Counted from the stretch's first letter, positions 40,562-51,587 are shown. The stretch is 64,000 bases of DNA from Nitrospirota bacterium (GCA_963790025.1 CAWBMP010000002.1:192001-256000); one strand, 5' to 3'. Translations and numbers: made by a program. The notes: generated by a model from the sequence alone, not told the origin.

Positions 40562-41719
40562 ATGAAAAGAGTTACAACAGTGTTTTTTGCACTGACCGGA
40601 TTTCTTTTATCGTTGTTAGTTACAGGGAGCACATATGCCGCAGAGCCCTACAAGGTCGGTGCGGTTTTTTCCGTGACAGGAGCGGCTTCTTTTCTGGGTG
40701 AGCCCGAGAAGAATACGGCCCTGCTGCTGCAGGACCAGATCAATAAGGCCGGAGGCATAAACGGCCATCCGCTTGAGATCATCATTGAGGACTCAAAGAG
40801 TGATGAAACTCAGGCCGTGCTTTCCGCCAAAAAACTCATCGAAAGAGATAAAGTGCTTGCCATCATCGGGCCCTCAACCACAGGAGAGTCAATGGCCCTC
40901 GTGCCTATAATGAACAGTGCCCAGACTCCTCTTATTTCGTGTGCGGCAGGAGCAGGCATAACCCAGCCTGTTGAAGAAAGATACTGGATATTCAAAACTG
41001 CTCAATACGATACCAGCGCTGTTGAGGCGATCTATACATACATGAAAAAGCATGGCATCTCAAAGATCGGCATTATCACTATATCAACCGGGTTCGGCGA
41101 TGCCGGGAAAAAAGCCCTCCTCGAAACAGCTTCCAGATACGGCATTAAAATAGTCGCTGATGAAAAATACGGACCAAAAGATTCCGATATGACAACCCAG
41201 CTTGTAAAGATTAAGGCAACGGGTGCCCAGGCGATTATAAACTGGTCTGTGGGCCCCGGTCAGGTGATCGTAACGAAAAACTGGCAATCATTAAAGATGG
41301 GAATCCCTCTTTATCAGAGCCATGGATGGGGAAGCAGGAAGAACATCGAACTTGCCGGCAAGGCATCTGAGGGAGTTATCTCTCCTCTTGGCAGGCTCGT
41401 TGTATGGGAGAAGATGCCGGTCACGCATCCCCAGTACAACCTGCTGAAAAAATTTACCGTGGATTATGAGGCCAGGTTTAAAGGAGAACCGGGTACATTT
41501 GGCGGACATGCATACGATGCGGTCATGATAATAGAAAAGGCAATTAAGAATGCCGGGGGAGACAAAAAGAAGATCAGGGACTATATTGAAGCCAAAATAA
41601 AAAAATGGCCGGGTGCAGGGGGTATCTTCAACATGTCTCCTAAGGACCACTGCGGCCTCGACAAGACAGCATTTGAAATGGTGGTTGTCAAGAACGGAGA
41701 TTGGGAAATATTGAAGTGA
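40562..41719 (+). CDS. livK: Liv-type ABC transporter substrate-binding protein (aromatic-acid type)
   Basis: Signal peptide, TGAASFLGEPE, GGINGHPLE and DHCGL. Confidence 0.9.
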   Translation: MKRVTTVFFALTGFLLSLLVTGSTYAAEPYKVGAVFSVTGAASFLGEPEKNTALLLQDQINKAGGINGHPLEIIIEDSKSDETQAVLSAKKLIERDKVLAIIGPSTTGESMALVPIMNSAQTPLISCAAGAGITQPVEERYWIFKTAQYDTSAVEAIYTYMKKHGISKIGIITISTGFGDAGKKALLETASRYGIKIVADEKYGPKDSDMTTQLVKIKATGAQAIINWSVGPGQVIVTKNWQSLKMGIPLYQSHGWGSRKNIELAGKASEGVISPLGRLVVWEKMPVTHPQYNLLKKFTVDYEARFKGEPGTFGGHAYDAVMIIEKAIKNAGGDKKKIRDYIEAKIKKWPGAGGIFNMSPKDHCGLDKTAFEMVVVKNGDWEILK

Positions 41720-41729
41720 GCTTGATCAT

Positions 41730-42617
41730 TTGCTGACCGTTTTTTTGCAGTTTCTTTTTTCAGGCCTCACCGTCGGGGCAGTTTACGCCCTGGTCGGCAC
41801 GGGGTTTAATATCATTTACAATGCCACCTCTATCATCAACCTGGCCCAGGGAGAATTTGTCGTAATAGGCGGCCTGATGATGTGGTTCTTCACGGAATCT
41901 GTAAAACTGCCTTTCTTAGTCTCAATTCTTCTCACCATCCTCACGGCTGGACTTGTAGGGCTTCTGATGGAGAGGCTGACAATAAGGCCCCTGAAAAAAA
42001 CAGACCTCCTTCTCATGATAATGATCACTATCTCCGTCTCAATTGTTTTGCGGGGAATCCTCATGTTCAAGTTCGGGAAGGACACCTATTCTTACGATCC
42101 ATTTACAGAGGGTGAGCCGATCAGCATATGCGGCGCAATCATCCAGCAGCAGACGTTGTGGGTCATCAGCGTGACGGCTTTATGCATAGTCCTGCTGTTC
42201 CTCTTCTTCAGCAAAACGTTAATTGGCAAAGCGATGAAGGCGTGCTCGGTGGACCCCACTGCAGCGAGGCTGGTCGGAATAAATGTATCTCAGATGGTAA
42301 TGCTTTCGTTCATTTTCAGCGCCATGGTGGGCGCCATAGGCGGAATAGCAATAACTCCCATTTCGTTGATGCAATACGACAACGGGCCCATGCTCGCCGT
42401 AAAGGGCTTCTGCGCCGCAATAATGGGAGGACTGGGAAGAGGCAGGGGTGCGGTCCTCGGCGGATTTCTGATCGGCATCCTGGAATCCATGACAGCCGGA
42501 TATCTGAATTCCGGGTTGAAAGACGCAGTCGCGCTCATAATACTCCTGCTGGTACTTTTCTTCAGGCCTTCCGGTATTTTAGGGAGCAGTGCCGCGGCCC
42601 GGCTGAGAAAGTTTTGA
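41730..42617 (+). CDS. livH: Liv-type ABC transporter permease
   Basis: GAVYALV..GF.IIY....INLAQGE and KGFCAAIMGGLG. Confidence 0.92.
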   Translation: MLTVFLQFLFSGLTVGAVYALVGTGFNIIYNATSIINLAQGEFVVIGGLMMWFFTESVKLPFLVSILLTILTAGLVGLLMERLTIRPLKKTDLLLMIMITISVSIVLRGILMFKFGKDTYSYDPFTEGEPISICGAIIQQQTLWVISVTALCIVLLFLFFSKTLIGKAMKACSVDPTAARLVGINVSQMVMLSFIFSAMVGAIGGIAITPISLMQYDNGPMLAVKGFCAAIMGGLGRGRGAVLGGFLIGILESMTAGYLNSGLKDAVALIILLLVLFFRPSGILGSSAAARLRKF

Positions 42618-42619
42618 CC

Positions 42620-43570
42620 ATGGACAGATCGAACTCATTGGCGATGCTGATTTTCGTGCTTCTTATTGTCTCTCTGCCCTTCCTGGCAGGAAGCAGCTAT
42701 ACATTAACGGTCGGTATTTTTTCGGGAATCAACGCGCTCGTTGCAATCGGACTCTGTATCCTGATGGGATTTGCCGGCCAGATATCTCTTGGACAGGCAG
42801 GCTTCTACGGCATAGGGGCTTATGTATCATCCATCTTAAGCGCACATTACGGCTTGCCGGTCATAACGAGTCTTGCTCTCGGAATGTTGGCTGCTGCGCT
42901 GGCTGCGGTCGTTCTGGCTGTCCCATCTTTAAGGTTGCAGGGCCATTATCTTGCAGTTGCGACACTCGGATTCGGTGAGATAGTTCAAATTGCCCTGAAC
43001 GAATGGGGACCGGGCGGTCCCTCCGGATTCGGTGACATACCCCAGTTCGGCATTTTCGGACACACCCTCAAAACAACAGCAGGTTATTTCTATCTCATCT
43101 GGTTGATCGTCGCTGCGATTTTGACCTTTTCTTTGAACCTTATGAACTCGAGAAGCGGCAGGGCCTTGAAGGCGATCCACGGCAGCGAGCTTGCAAGTAA
43201 CGCGATGGGACTGGACGTAGTTACGCTTAAGATCAAGGTGTTTGTACTCAGTGCAGTCTATGCTGCGCTTGCAGGCGGCCTTTACGCGCATTACATTACA
43301 TTTATAAGCCCCGGCAGCTTTTCATTTTTCTATTCAATTCTGGTGTTGATGATGGTCGTTGTTGGCGGGATTACAAATCTGTGGGGCGGTATAATCGGCG
43401 CCATAGCTATAACGATACTGCCGGAGCTTTTAAGACAATTCGAAGAATTCGATGTGCTTGCATATGGCCTGATACTGACACTCTCGCTGCTGTTCTTAAG
43501 AAAGGGCATCGTCCCGCTTCTAATTGATAAATTCAAAAAATTTAGGGGAGTTACAGTTGCTCGAAGTTAA
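42620..43570 (+). CDS. livM: Liv-type ABC transporter permease
   Basis: GFAGQISLGQAGFYGIGAY and RLQGHYLAVATLGFGE. Start ATG 42620. Confidence 0.92.
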   Translation: MDRSNSLAMLIFVLLIVSLPFLAGSSYTLTVGIFSGINALVAIGLCILMGFAGQISLGQAGFYGIGAYVSSILSAHYGLPVITSLALGMLAAALAAVVLAVPSLRLQGHYLAVATLGFGEIVQIALNEWGPGGPSGFGDIPQFGIFGHTLKTTAGYFYLIWLIVAAILTFSLNLMNSRSGRALKAIHGSELASNAMGLDVVTLKIKVFVLSAVYAALAGGLYAHYITFISPGSFSFFYSILVLMMVVVGGITNLWGGIIGAIAITILPELLRQFEEFDVLAYGLILTLSLLFLRKGIVPLLIDKFKKFRGVTVARS

Positions 43571-44307
43571 AAAGATGACAAAGTATTTCGGAGGGCTGAG
43601 GGCCCTGAATAACGTGAGTTTAAGTGCCACGGAAAACTCTATCAGCGCTCTTATCGGCCCGAATGGCGCAGGGAAAACGACCCTCTTGAATATCATCACC
43701 GGCATGTATGCTGCGGACAAGGGAGAGGTTTTTTTCTCGGGCATCGACATAAGCAGTCTGTCTACTCTCACGAGATCAAGGCAGGGCATCTCGCGGACTT
43801 TTCAGCATCTGGAATTGTTCGGAGAGATGACAGCACTGGAAAACATCATGGTCGGCAGATATTCAAAGACAAAAGCGGGTTTCATCTCTTCAGGACTAAG
43901 GCTGCCTTTTGTTATAAGGGAAGAGAAGGAGGCAAGACGCAGGAGCGAAGAGATCCTTGAATATGTCAATCTGGGCCACAGGATAAACGACATTGCATCA
44001 AATCTTCCTGCAGGAGAGCAAAGGACACTCGAAATCGGGAGGGCACTTGCAACGGAGCCAAGGCTTCTTCTGCTCGATGAGCCCGCTGCTGGATTGAACA
44101 TCAAAGAGACCCGCAGTCTTGGCGAGATGCTAAAAAAGATGCGCTATGAAATGGACATAACTATTGTCCTTGTCGAACATGACATGGACCTTGTAATGCA
44201 TATAAGCGACAGGATAACCGTTCTGAATTTCGGGGAGGCAATAGCAGAAGGCACTCCACCGGAAATCCAGAAAAACAAAGCAGTAATAGAAGCATATCTC
44301 GGGGTCG

Positions 44308-44318
<11 letters not shown>
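43557..44318 (+). CDS. livG: Liv-type ABC transporter ATPase
   Basis: GPNGAGKTT, LLLDEPAAG and VEHDM. Confidence 0.93.
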
Positions 44319-45120
<802 letters not shown>

Positions 45121-45160
45121 AGGGTAGAGTCCTGCTTCAAACAATTACAAGGAGGGTGCT

Positions 45161-46459
45161 ATGTACTGGGAAGCCGTGAAGGAGTGCATGTCGAGGGAGG
45201 AACTCGAACAGTTGCAGCTTGAGCGTTTGCAGTCAACGCTTTTCAGGGTATATATGAACGTACCTTTTTATAAAAAGAAATTTGATGAACTTTCAATAGA
45301 TCCCGACGGTATCCGTTCTCTGGAAGACCTTCAAAGACTTCCCTTCACCACCAAGGATGATCTGAGAGAGAGCTATCCCTATGGCATGTTTGCTGTGCCT
45401 TTAAGGGAAGTTGTCAGGGTGCAGGCTTCATCGGGGACAACGGGAACGCCAACAGTAGTCGGCTATACGAGCAACGATATAAAAAACTGGTCCAATCTCG
45501 CAGCCAGGATACTCACCGCCGGGGGAGTTACGCAGAATGACATCGTCCAGATTGCCTTCGACTACGGCCTTTTTACCGGAGCGTTGGGCCTTCACTATGG
45601 TGCGGAAAGGTTGGGGGCATCGGTCATACCGATATCAAGCGGCAATACCAAGCGGCAGGTCAAAATAATGGAGGATTTCAAGACAACGGCACTCATGTGT
45701 ACACCCGGCTATGCCCTTGCCATTGCGGATACGATAATCGAAATGGGAATAAACGTGAACTCTTTTTCACTGAGATACGGTCTTTTCGGCGCTGAACCAT
45801 GGTCTGAAGGGCTTCGCCGTGAACTTCAGGAAAAGCTCAAAATAATTGCAACCGACAATTACGGACTTAGCGAAGTCATGGGCCCGGGTGTTGCCGGTGA
45901 ATGCCTCGAGCGCAACGGCCTTCACATCAACGAAGACCATTTCCTGGTGGAAGTGGTCGACCCCGAGACGCTTACTCCCCTTCCTCCCGGTAAAACGGGG
46001 GAGTTGGTCATCACTTCGCTCACTAAAGAGGCCTTCCCGGTGATCCGGTACAGGACAAGAGACCTCACAAGCCTTATAGCAGGGCCCTGCCCTTGCGGCA
46101 GGACATTAGTCAGAATGGGCAAGGTGATGGGCAGGACAGACGACATGATAAAAATAAAGGGAATCAATGTATTTCCCTCCCAGATTGAGTCTGTGCTTTT
46201 CGAGATCGAAGGCGCTGAGCCGCACTATCAGATCACAGTGGACCGCAAAGGTCCTGTTGATGAACTGACCGTGTCCTTCGAAGTATCGGAATCCATCTTT
46301 TCCGACCAGATGGAAAACCTGGGGGAATTCATTGGGACTGTGAAAGCGAGGCTGGCAACAGAACTCGGCATCCCTGTGGAGGTTATGCCGGTGGAAAAAA
46401 ATACTATTGACAGGTCAGAGGGTAAGGCCCGGCGCGTAATAGACAAGCGAAGAATTTAA
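45161..46459 (+). CDS. paaK: Phenylacetate-CoA ligase family protein (paralog 3)
   Basis: ASSGTTGTP, YGLSEVMGPGV and GRTDDMIKIKG. Confidence 0.93.
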   Translation: MYWEAVKECMSREELEQLQLERLQSTLFRVYMNVPFYKKKFDELSIDPDGIRSLEDLQRLPFTTKDDLRESYPYGMFAVPLREVVRVQASSGTTGTPTVVGYTSNDIKNWSNLAARILTAGGVTQNDIVQIAFDYGLFTGALGLHYGAERLGASVIPISSGNTKRQVKIMEDFKTTALMCTPGYALAIADTIIEMGINVNSFSLRYGLFGAEPWSEGLRRELQEKLKIIATDNYGLSEVMGPGVAGECLERNGLHINEDHFLVEVVDPETLTPLPPGKTGELVITSLTKEAFPVIRYRTRDLTSLIAGPCPCGRTLVRMGKVMGRTDDMIKIKGINVFPSQIESVLFEIEGAEPHYQITVDRKGPVDELTVSFEVSESIFSDQMENLGEFIGTVKARLATELGIPVEVMPVEKNTIDRSEGKARRVIDKRRI

Positions 46460-46566
46460 TAAAATAATGAGACCAAAATGTAGGGTTTTATGTTATACTT
46501 GGGCAATTTTTAGCTTATAAAAACCTTGGTATGAGGTCGAAAAGGCAAAAGGGAGGATGGATTGCG

Positions 46567-48033
46567 ATGAAAAAGTTTTATGTAGTGCTGCTGCTGTCCC
46601 TTGCGACAGCAATTATTTTTGCATCATCCGTTTGTGCAGAAGATTTCAAGTTCGATTATGGGGCAGCGGAAAGAGTCAGGGAGGAAATCTGGAACAATAT
46701 TATTGATCTGCATACCCTCGCGCGCGGCGATGCAGGCAACACGAGCAGGGAAAGAGATTTCTTTCGTTTCAGGACATCTCTGTGGGGCAGTGTTTATTAT
46801 GTAGATAATAAAGAAGACAGGGCTGGCTTATTCGTAAGACTGACCAATGAAGCAAAGGAATATGTGGGTCAAGGCAAATATGGCCTGGCTCAAAACGTCT
46901 CTCAGACCTCGGGTGCAGTAATTCCGGGTACACATTTCGAATCTTTTGAAGAGGACGAAATCTTTTTCGACAACCTTTATGCAGATTACAAGAAAGTCTT
47001 CGGGGGTCCAGTCGATATCAGGATCGGAAGACAGGAACTGACTTATGGCGAAGGTTTTCTGATAAGCGAAGGAACTCCGGGTGACGGATCCAGAAGTTTC
47101 TATTTTAACGCTGCCAAAGCAACCGTCAATATAACACCAAACAACAGTGTCGACCTGGTTTTTATAGCCGATCCAAAGACGGACATATTTTTGCCTTCAG
47201 AACACTCATCATTGGTGGCCAACCCGGGTTCACTTTATTTCCATAACAAAAGAGTTTTGAACACCTCGAATGAAACGGGTGCGGTGGTGTACAGCAAAAA
47301 TAAAATCGGTAATTTCAACGTGGAGCCTTATTATATTTATAAGTCTGAGGCAGGGTTCACTGCAGTGAACGGGGTCACTACTCCCAGACTCGGACTTAAC
47401 ACGCTCGGCACCAGGCTTTTGTATGATAACAACGTCTGGAAAGCCGGTGCGGAGTATGCCCATGAGTCTGGTGAATATGCTCACGGCGGAATCTATCCGA
47501 ATGGTCAAGCCCGAAGGGGAAACGGCGGTTATGTTTTTGGAGGATATAATTTTAATAATATTCCTCTAAAACCATATGCGGAATTGCGCTATGTTTATCT
47601 GTCAGGTGATGATCAAAGTACAGCTGCCGACGAATCATGGGACCCCCTGTTTTCCAGAGCTCCATACTGGAATGAACTTTTTATATATACATTGATAAAT
47701 GAAACGGTTAAATACAGCAACACTATTCCGGGTTACTGGACCAACCTGAATATTTACAAGGCAACCGTCAAACTGAACTTCTGTGACAACGCCAATTTGA
47801 CCCTCGCATGGGAATACCTGACGGCTCCTCAGACAACTTCCGGCCTTAATTCGGCAATGTTCACTAACAACGGGCACGACATCGGGAACCTGCCTACCAC
47901 GCTCCTTTATTATAAATTCAATAAGAATATAGACGGTTTCGTCCAGTGGGAATACCTTTTGCCGGGAAACTTTTATCAATCAACTGCAAAAAATGCGTCT
48001 TTCTTCAGATGGCAGCTCATGTTTAAGATCTAA
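46567..48033 (+). CDS. Outer-membrane beta-barrel, alginate export (AlgE-like) family
   Basis: Signal peptide, IRIGRQELTYGEG, YLSGDD...WDPLF and an aromatic C-terminal strand. Start ATG 46567. Confidence 0.8.
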   Translation: MKKFYVVLLLSLATAIIFASSVCAEDFKFDYGAAERVREEIWNNIIDLHTLARGDAGNTSRERDFFRFRTSLWGSVYYVDNKEDRAGLFVRLTNEAKEYVGQGKYGLAQNVSQTSGAVIPGTHFESFEEDEIFFDNLYADYKKVFGGPVDIRIGRQELTYGEGFLISEGTPGDGSRSFYFNAAKATVNITPNNSVDLVFIADPKTDIFLPSEHSSLVANPGSLYFHNKRVLNTSNETGAVVYSKNKIGNFNVEPYYIYKSEAGFTAVNGVTTPRLGLNTLGTRLLYDNNVWKAGAEYAHESGEYAHGGIYPNGQARRGNGGYVFGGYNFNNIPLKPYAELRYVYLSGDDQSTAADESWDPLFSRAPYWNELFIYTLINETVKYSNTIPGYWTNLNIYKATVKLNFCDNANLTLAWEYLTAPQTTSGLNSAMFTNNGHDIGNLPTTLLYYKFNKNIDGFVQWEYLLPGNFYQSTAKNASFFRWQLMFKI

Positions 48034-48059
48034 CTGCAGTATCCAATAACTGTTTTTGT

Positions 48060-48090
48060 AGAGCAACCCCTTGCGGGGTTGCTCTTTTTT
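48060..48090 (+). terminator. Rho-independent terminator
   Basis: AGAGCAACCCC-TTGC-GGGGTTGCTCT followed by a T-run, between convergent genes. Confidence 0.85.
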
Positions 48091-48277
48091 ATTGCATGTC
48101 ACTCATCAGCGTGCCTGCCTTGGCAATATTAGTTTTCGGCAGTTCCCGAAGGATGATCGTAACGGCTTCCGGAGGGCATTTCGCCGTCTCACAAATGGCC
48201 TGGGTCACTTTTTTCGCCAGTTCCCTCTTTTGTTCAACAGAACGACCCTCTAAAAAATCAATCTGGACTATAGGCAT
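48089..48277 (-). CDS. 4-oxalocrotonate tautomerase family protein
   Basis: Catalytic Pro after Met (MPIVQI) and GRSVEQKREL; 62 aa; strong RBS. Confidence 0.92.
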   Translation of the reverse strand: MPIVQIDFLEGRSVEQKRELAKKVTQAICETAKCPPEAVTIILRELPKTNIAKAGTLMSDMQ

Positions 48278-48373
48278 ATTCTCTCCTCCCGATATTTTAT
48301 CTGTAAATATAAATGAGCACCTTCATTTATAACCGTCAGATAACTCCCATTTCCTTTTCATCTTACCATATTT

Positions 48374-48475
48374 TCACTGCCCTTCGTCCTCCGGAGCTGC
48401 AGGAGGCACCACTTTCTGCCAACCGCCGGGACACTGTCTTATATAAGGATAGTTGCCTTCAGGCTTAGTGCAGAT
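48374..48475 (-). pseudogene. C-terminal remnant of a Pro/Tyr-rich exported hypothetical protein
   Basis: CTKPEGNYPYIRQCPGGWQKVVP resembles the C...GYYPYV..CPGGW..V.P tail; the upstream part is missing. Confidence 0.45.
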
Positions 48476-48611
48476 TTGCCTAATGACTGAGCCGGCGATA
48501 TAATTCTTATGTGACCACAGGTGCACCCTTGTTGGTTGATGAAAGAGTGGCAAAGAGTGCTTATGTATTCTTTGCTTTGATAAAAACTCATTACCGAGAA
48601 AGGAGTTATTC

Positions 48612-49343
48612 ATGGACGATTTGACAGGTAAAGTGGCTCTTGTAACAGGGGCGAGCCGTGGTATCGGACGGGCTATCGCTTTAGCTCTTGCCGCTGCCGG
48701 TGCAAATATTGCGGTTAACTACCGGAGTCGTGACAACGAAGCGACAGAGGTAATTTCACGGATCAGGAGGTCCGGTCGTCTTGCCGTGGCACTCAAAGCA
48801 GATGTGTCAGTTTCGACTGACGTCGACCGAATGGTCGCTATAACACAAAAAGAACTGGGCACACCATCCATCCTTGTGAACAATGCCGGAATAGGCACGA
48901 CGCATTCTATCGACGATATAACTGAACAAGACTGGAACTACACAATGGCTGTGAATCTCACGTCGGCATTTCTCGTGATTCAGGCCGTACTTCCGGGCAT
49001 GCGTGCCCTTAAGTGGGGACGTATAATCAGCCTTTCCTCGGTCGCAGCACAGATCGGCGGAGTTGTGGGTCCTCATTACGCTGCATCAAAAGCCGGCATT
49101 CTGGGATTGACTCATTATTACGCTACTCACCTTGCCAAGGAAGGTATTACAGTCAATTCTATCGCTCCCGGACCTGTCAGCACTGAAATGGCGGCCGGCA
49201 TTCGGCTACTGAAACCCGATCTGGTGCCGGTTGGTCGTTTTGGCACTGTAGAGGAGATATCCGACGTAGCTCTCATGCTTGTTCGCAACGGCTATATTAC
49301 AGGTCAGACGATTGGTGTCAACGGGGGCAGATATCTGAGCTGA
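48612..49343 (+). CDS. Short-chain dehydrogenase/reductase (FabG-like)
   Basis: TGASRGIG, NNAG and YAASK. Confidence 0.93.
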   Translation: MDDLTGKVALVTGASRGIGRAIALALAAAGANIAVNYRSRDNEATEVISRIRRSGRLAVALKADVSVSTDVDRMVAITQKELGTPSILVNNAGIGTTHSIDDITEQDWNYTMAVNLTSAFLVIQAVLPGMRALKWGRIISLSSVAAQIGGVVGPHYAASKAGILGLTHYYATHLAKEGITVNSIAPGPVSTEMAAGIRLLKPDLVPVGRFGTVEEISDVALMLVRNGYITGQTIGVNGGRYLS

Positions 49344-49372
49344 TTGTATCGCACTGAACCAAGGCCCATCTT

Positions 49373-49618
49373 TCAAGCGCTTCCACTTTTCCGCGCTGCC
49401 TTATGACATTTAAAGCATTCGAATTTGGGAGGATGGGTCCTTTTAAGTGCGTTTTTTTTGCCGGGACCATGACATTCCATGCACGCTGTGCTGTTGCTGA
49501 CCTCAAGAGCCTTGTGAACGTTGTCGCCGGGGACTTGTGGATAACGTTTTCCCGAAATAGAGTATAAGACTGATACGATAATGAGCACGAAAATTATAAA
49601 CATGATTGTGCTTTTCAT
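49373..49618 (-). CDS. Small membrane-anchored diheme c-type cytochrome
   Basis: N-terminal hydrophobic helix, CMECH and CFKCH. Confidence 0.85.
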   Translation of the reverse strand: MKSTIMFIIFVLIIVSVLYSISGKRYPQVPGDNVHKALEVSNSTACMECHGPGKKNALKRTHPPKFECFKCHKAARKSGSA

Positions 49619-49747
49619 ATGAGAATTGTACCATACTTTTTTAAAACAGCTGAGAGCTAATTTCGTATAGGTAAGTTATTATGTCTATCAATTAATACTT
49701 TTTCCCCGAAATTAAGAAGAATCTCTAATCTGTCGCGAACTCGAATC

Positions 49748-49775
49748 TTGACAACGTACCGGATAATGATAACAT
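49748..49775 (+). promoter_or_regulatory. Putative sigma70 promoter for the sbtA-like ORF (TTGACA-16-TAACAT, extended -10 TG)
   Basis: TTGACA at 49748-49753 and TGATAACAT at 49767-49775. Confidence 0.5.
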
Positions 49776-49857
49776 TTGAGTATATGCATGATTTCTTGGT
49801 TGGAAGTTTCTTCGACGTAACAGAAAGAGTTGCGGCACATAGGGAAGGAGGTTTATT

Positions 49858-50058
49858 ATGGATTCAGCGGATTTGAAAAGGATTCTTGCGGGTTTCAGCA
49901 TCGCTGTCCTGCTCAGTTCTGCTATTGCTCTTTCAGGTTGTTCATCGAGTTGATCCGGGTCCAAAAAAGAGGGTGCCGGGAGCACCCAGAAGGAGCAGTC
50001 TGAACAAAAGCCAGGAGAAAAACCAGGTCAGAGCGGCTGAAGCGGTTCAAAGAAATAG
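49858..50058 (+). CDS. sbtA: SbtA-like selenobiotic / thio(seleno)oxazole RiPP precursor with two Sec: MDSADLKRILAGFSIAVLLSSAIALSGCSSSUSGSKKEGAGSTQKEQSEQKPGEKPGQSGUSGSKK
   Basis: RBS AGGAGG and a family-typical leader (DLK+ILAG.SIA.L). In-frame TGA at 49951 and 50038, both in an S-x-U-S-G-S-K-K context and each followed by a hairpin. TAG at 50056. Confidence 0.8.
49971..49987 (+). promoter_or_regulatory. SECIS-like hairpin 1, GGGTGC-CGGGA-GCACCC
   Basis: 6-bp stem 17 nt after UGA 49951 with a G-containing loop. Confidence 0.65.
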
Positions 50059-50072
50059 TGCCGTAGGCACTA
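50056..50072 (+). promoter_or_regulatory. SECIS-like hairpin 2, TAGTGCC-GTA-GGCACTA
   Basis: 7-bp stem 15 nt after UGA 50038 with a GU loop. Confidence 0.65.
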
Positions 50073-50116
50073 CGGAAAATGTGGTACCAAGCATGTTCAT
50101 TGTTAAGAGAGGCCGG

Positions 50117-50884
50117 CTAAAGAGATTGGATGACCCGGGGGCTGAACAGTGAATCTGATAAATCAGGATTCAGAGAATAGCTACTGATGACTGTCCGGGC
50201 TATTTCCAAACCTTGGGCATAATTGGTAATCCGGAAGGGAAAGAGAGAGCCGCCGACTTTTTTAAAGTCCGCGAATTCGGAAGAGAGGTATGCCTTTTTA
50301 TTTCCTGCGCTAAAAAACCCGGTAACTTTTATGATTACAGCATTGCGATCACTGATATAAAGATCCATGACCGTACCCTCCTTGTCATGCAGTTCTAAAA
50401 CCTCAACAGCGGTATCATTTACCATAGATTTTCCTGCAGACTGTATCTGGTAAGCCCCTTCTATGAGACCATGGAGTATGTCCAGGTGCTTATATTGATA
50501 TACTATCGAAAAGTATCGCGGGCCATCCACTTCTTCCATGGGAAGCGAGTCTGTGCCCCTGTATGCCTTGTCCCCAACCAGGATCCTGAATTCAGATGAC
50601 CGTTCGTATTTTGTTTCTACGCGGAGTTTTCTTTCTCTTTTAAAGTAAAGCTCATATGTCCCGCTGTCGTGGAGCATAAGTGCTTCGATCTCCCCCTTTA
50701 CATGGAGGGAATGTATTCCTTCGATAACCGCTTTCCCGCCATAGGCAGCGATTACTTTATTGATGACGGCGCCTATCCTTTGGGCCTCATCGGGCGCTTC
50801 TGCCGAACAAACTCCTTCCGGTCCCGTGATGAAAAAGATGTAAATAAAAAAAACCAGGAAAATACGTATCGGCAAATGTCTCAT
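50117..50884 (-). CDS. Exported hypothetical protein (LolA-like/outer-membrane sorting fold suspected)
   Basis: Signal peptide, VIAAYGG, FADFKKVGG.LFPF and NPDL.DSLF pattern. Confidence 0.7.
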   Translation of the reverse strand: MRHLPIRIFLVFFIYIFFITGPEGVCSAEAPDEAQRIGAVINKVIAAYGGKAVIEGIHSLHVKGEIEALMLHDSGTYELYFKRERKLRVETKYERSSEFRILVGDKAYRGTDSLPMEEVDGPRYFSIVYQYKHLDILHGLIEGAYQIQSAGKSMVNDTAVEVLELHDKEGTVMDLYISDRNAVIIKVTGFFSAGNKKAYLSSEFADFKKVGGSLFPFRITNYAQGLEIARTVISSYSLNPDLSDSLFSPRVIQSL

Positions 50885-51004
50885 TTATGAATACCGCTCA
50901 TATGTAATAATAATGCTTTGCAAAGGTGAATTGCAATAACAGCAGCTTGCACTTGCAATTTCTGAGGAATCAATGAATAATATTGCTTTGATCTTGGCTT
51001 TTTC

Positions 51005-51436
51005 GTGGCACAACAGGAGGTTTGCGTGGGCAGGATAAAAAACATCATCCAGGGCGACAGGCTTTTTCACCTCTTCGGTATGGAATTGGTGGAGGCCTCT
51101 GAGGGCCACGCCGTTGTACGGGCGGAGGTGAAGGAAGACTTTCTCAACGCCCACGGGATCGCCCACGGTGGGCTGATATTCGGACTCCTGGACGTCGTAT
51201 TCGCATTGGCTGTAAACTCCATAGTCGATGCCGTCGGCGTGCAGTGGAGCTTTAACGTGTTCCGCTCCACAACAAAGGGAGATTTTGTGAGGGCCGAGGC
51301 CAACACTGTACATAAGGGCAAAAGCCTGCTTGTGGTCGAATTCAAGGCCGACAGTGAAACATCCGGAAAGCTTATAGCCCAGGGAATGGCGACCGCGCTG
51401 CCGCTGCCACACAGAGAAAAAAAGGATAAAGTATGA
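51005..51436 (+). CDS. paaI: PaaI-like hotdog-fold acyl-CoA thioesterase
   Basis: FLNAHGIAHGGLIFGLLD..FALA.NS. Confidence 0.9.
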   Translation: MAQQEVCVGRIKNIIQGDRLFHLFGMELVEASEGHAVVRAEVKEDFLNAHGIAHGGLIFGLLDVVFALAVNSIVDAVGVQWSFNVFRSTTKGDFVRAEANTVHKGKSLLVVEFKADSETSGKLIAQGMATALPLPHREKKDKV

Positions 51437-51587
51437 AACCACAGAGTGCACGGAGAAATCCTCTGTGTTCTCTAAAAGAATTTCTGAGGAATAAAAAAAC
51501 TAATAGTTTGAGAGGACACAGAGTGGAGAGAATCAAGTTTTTTCAAACTTTTTTATATCAAAGGGTTACTCTGCGTTCTCTGTGGTT
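51437..51587. repeat. Intergenic inverted repeat built of ACAGAG-type units
   Basis: AACCACAGAGTGCACGGAG pairs imperfectly with CTCTGCGTTCTCTGTGGTT. There is an internal pair CTCTGTGTTCTCT / AGAGGACACAGAG. Confidence 0.65.

Noticed and set aside
49725..50152. 86-aa and 88-aa ORFs listed in the ORF track
   Set aside because: Alternative frames over the sbtA-like ORF, which has the RBS, leader and SECIS-like hairpins.
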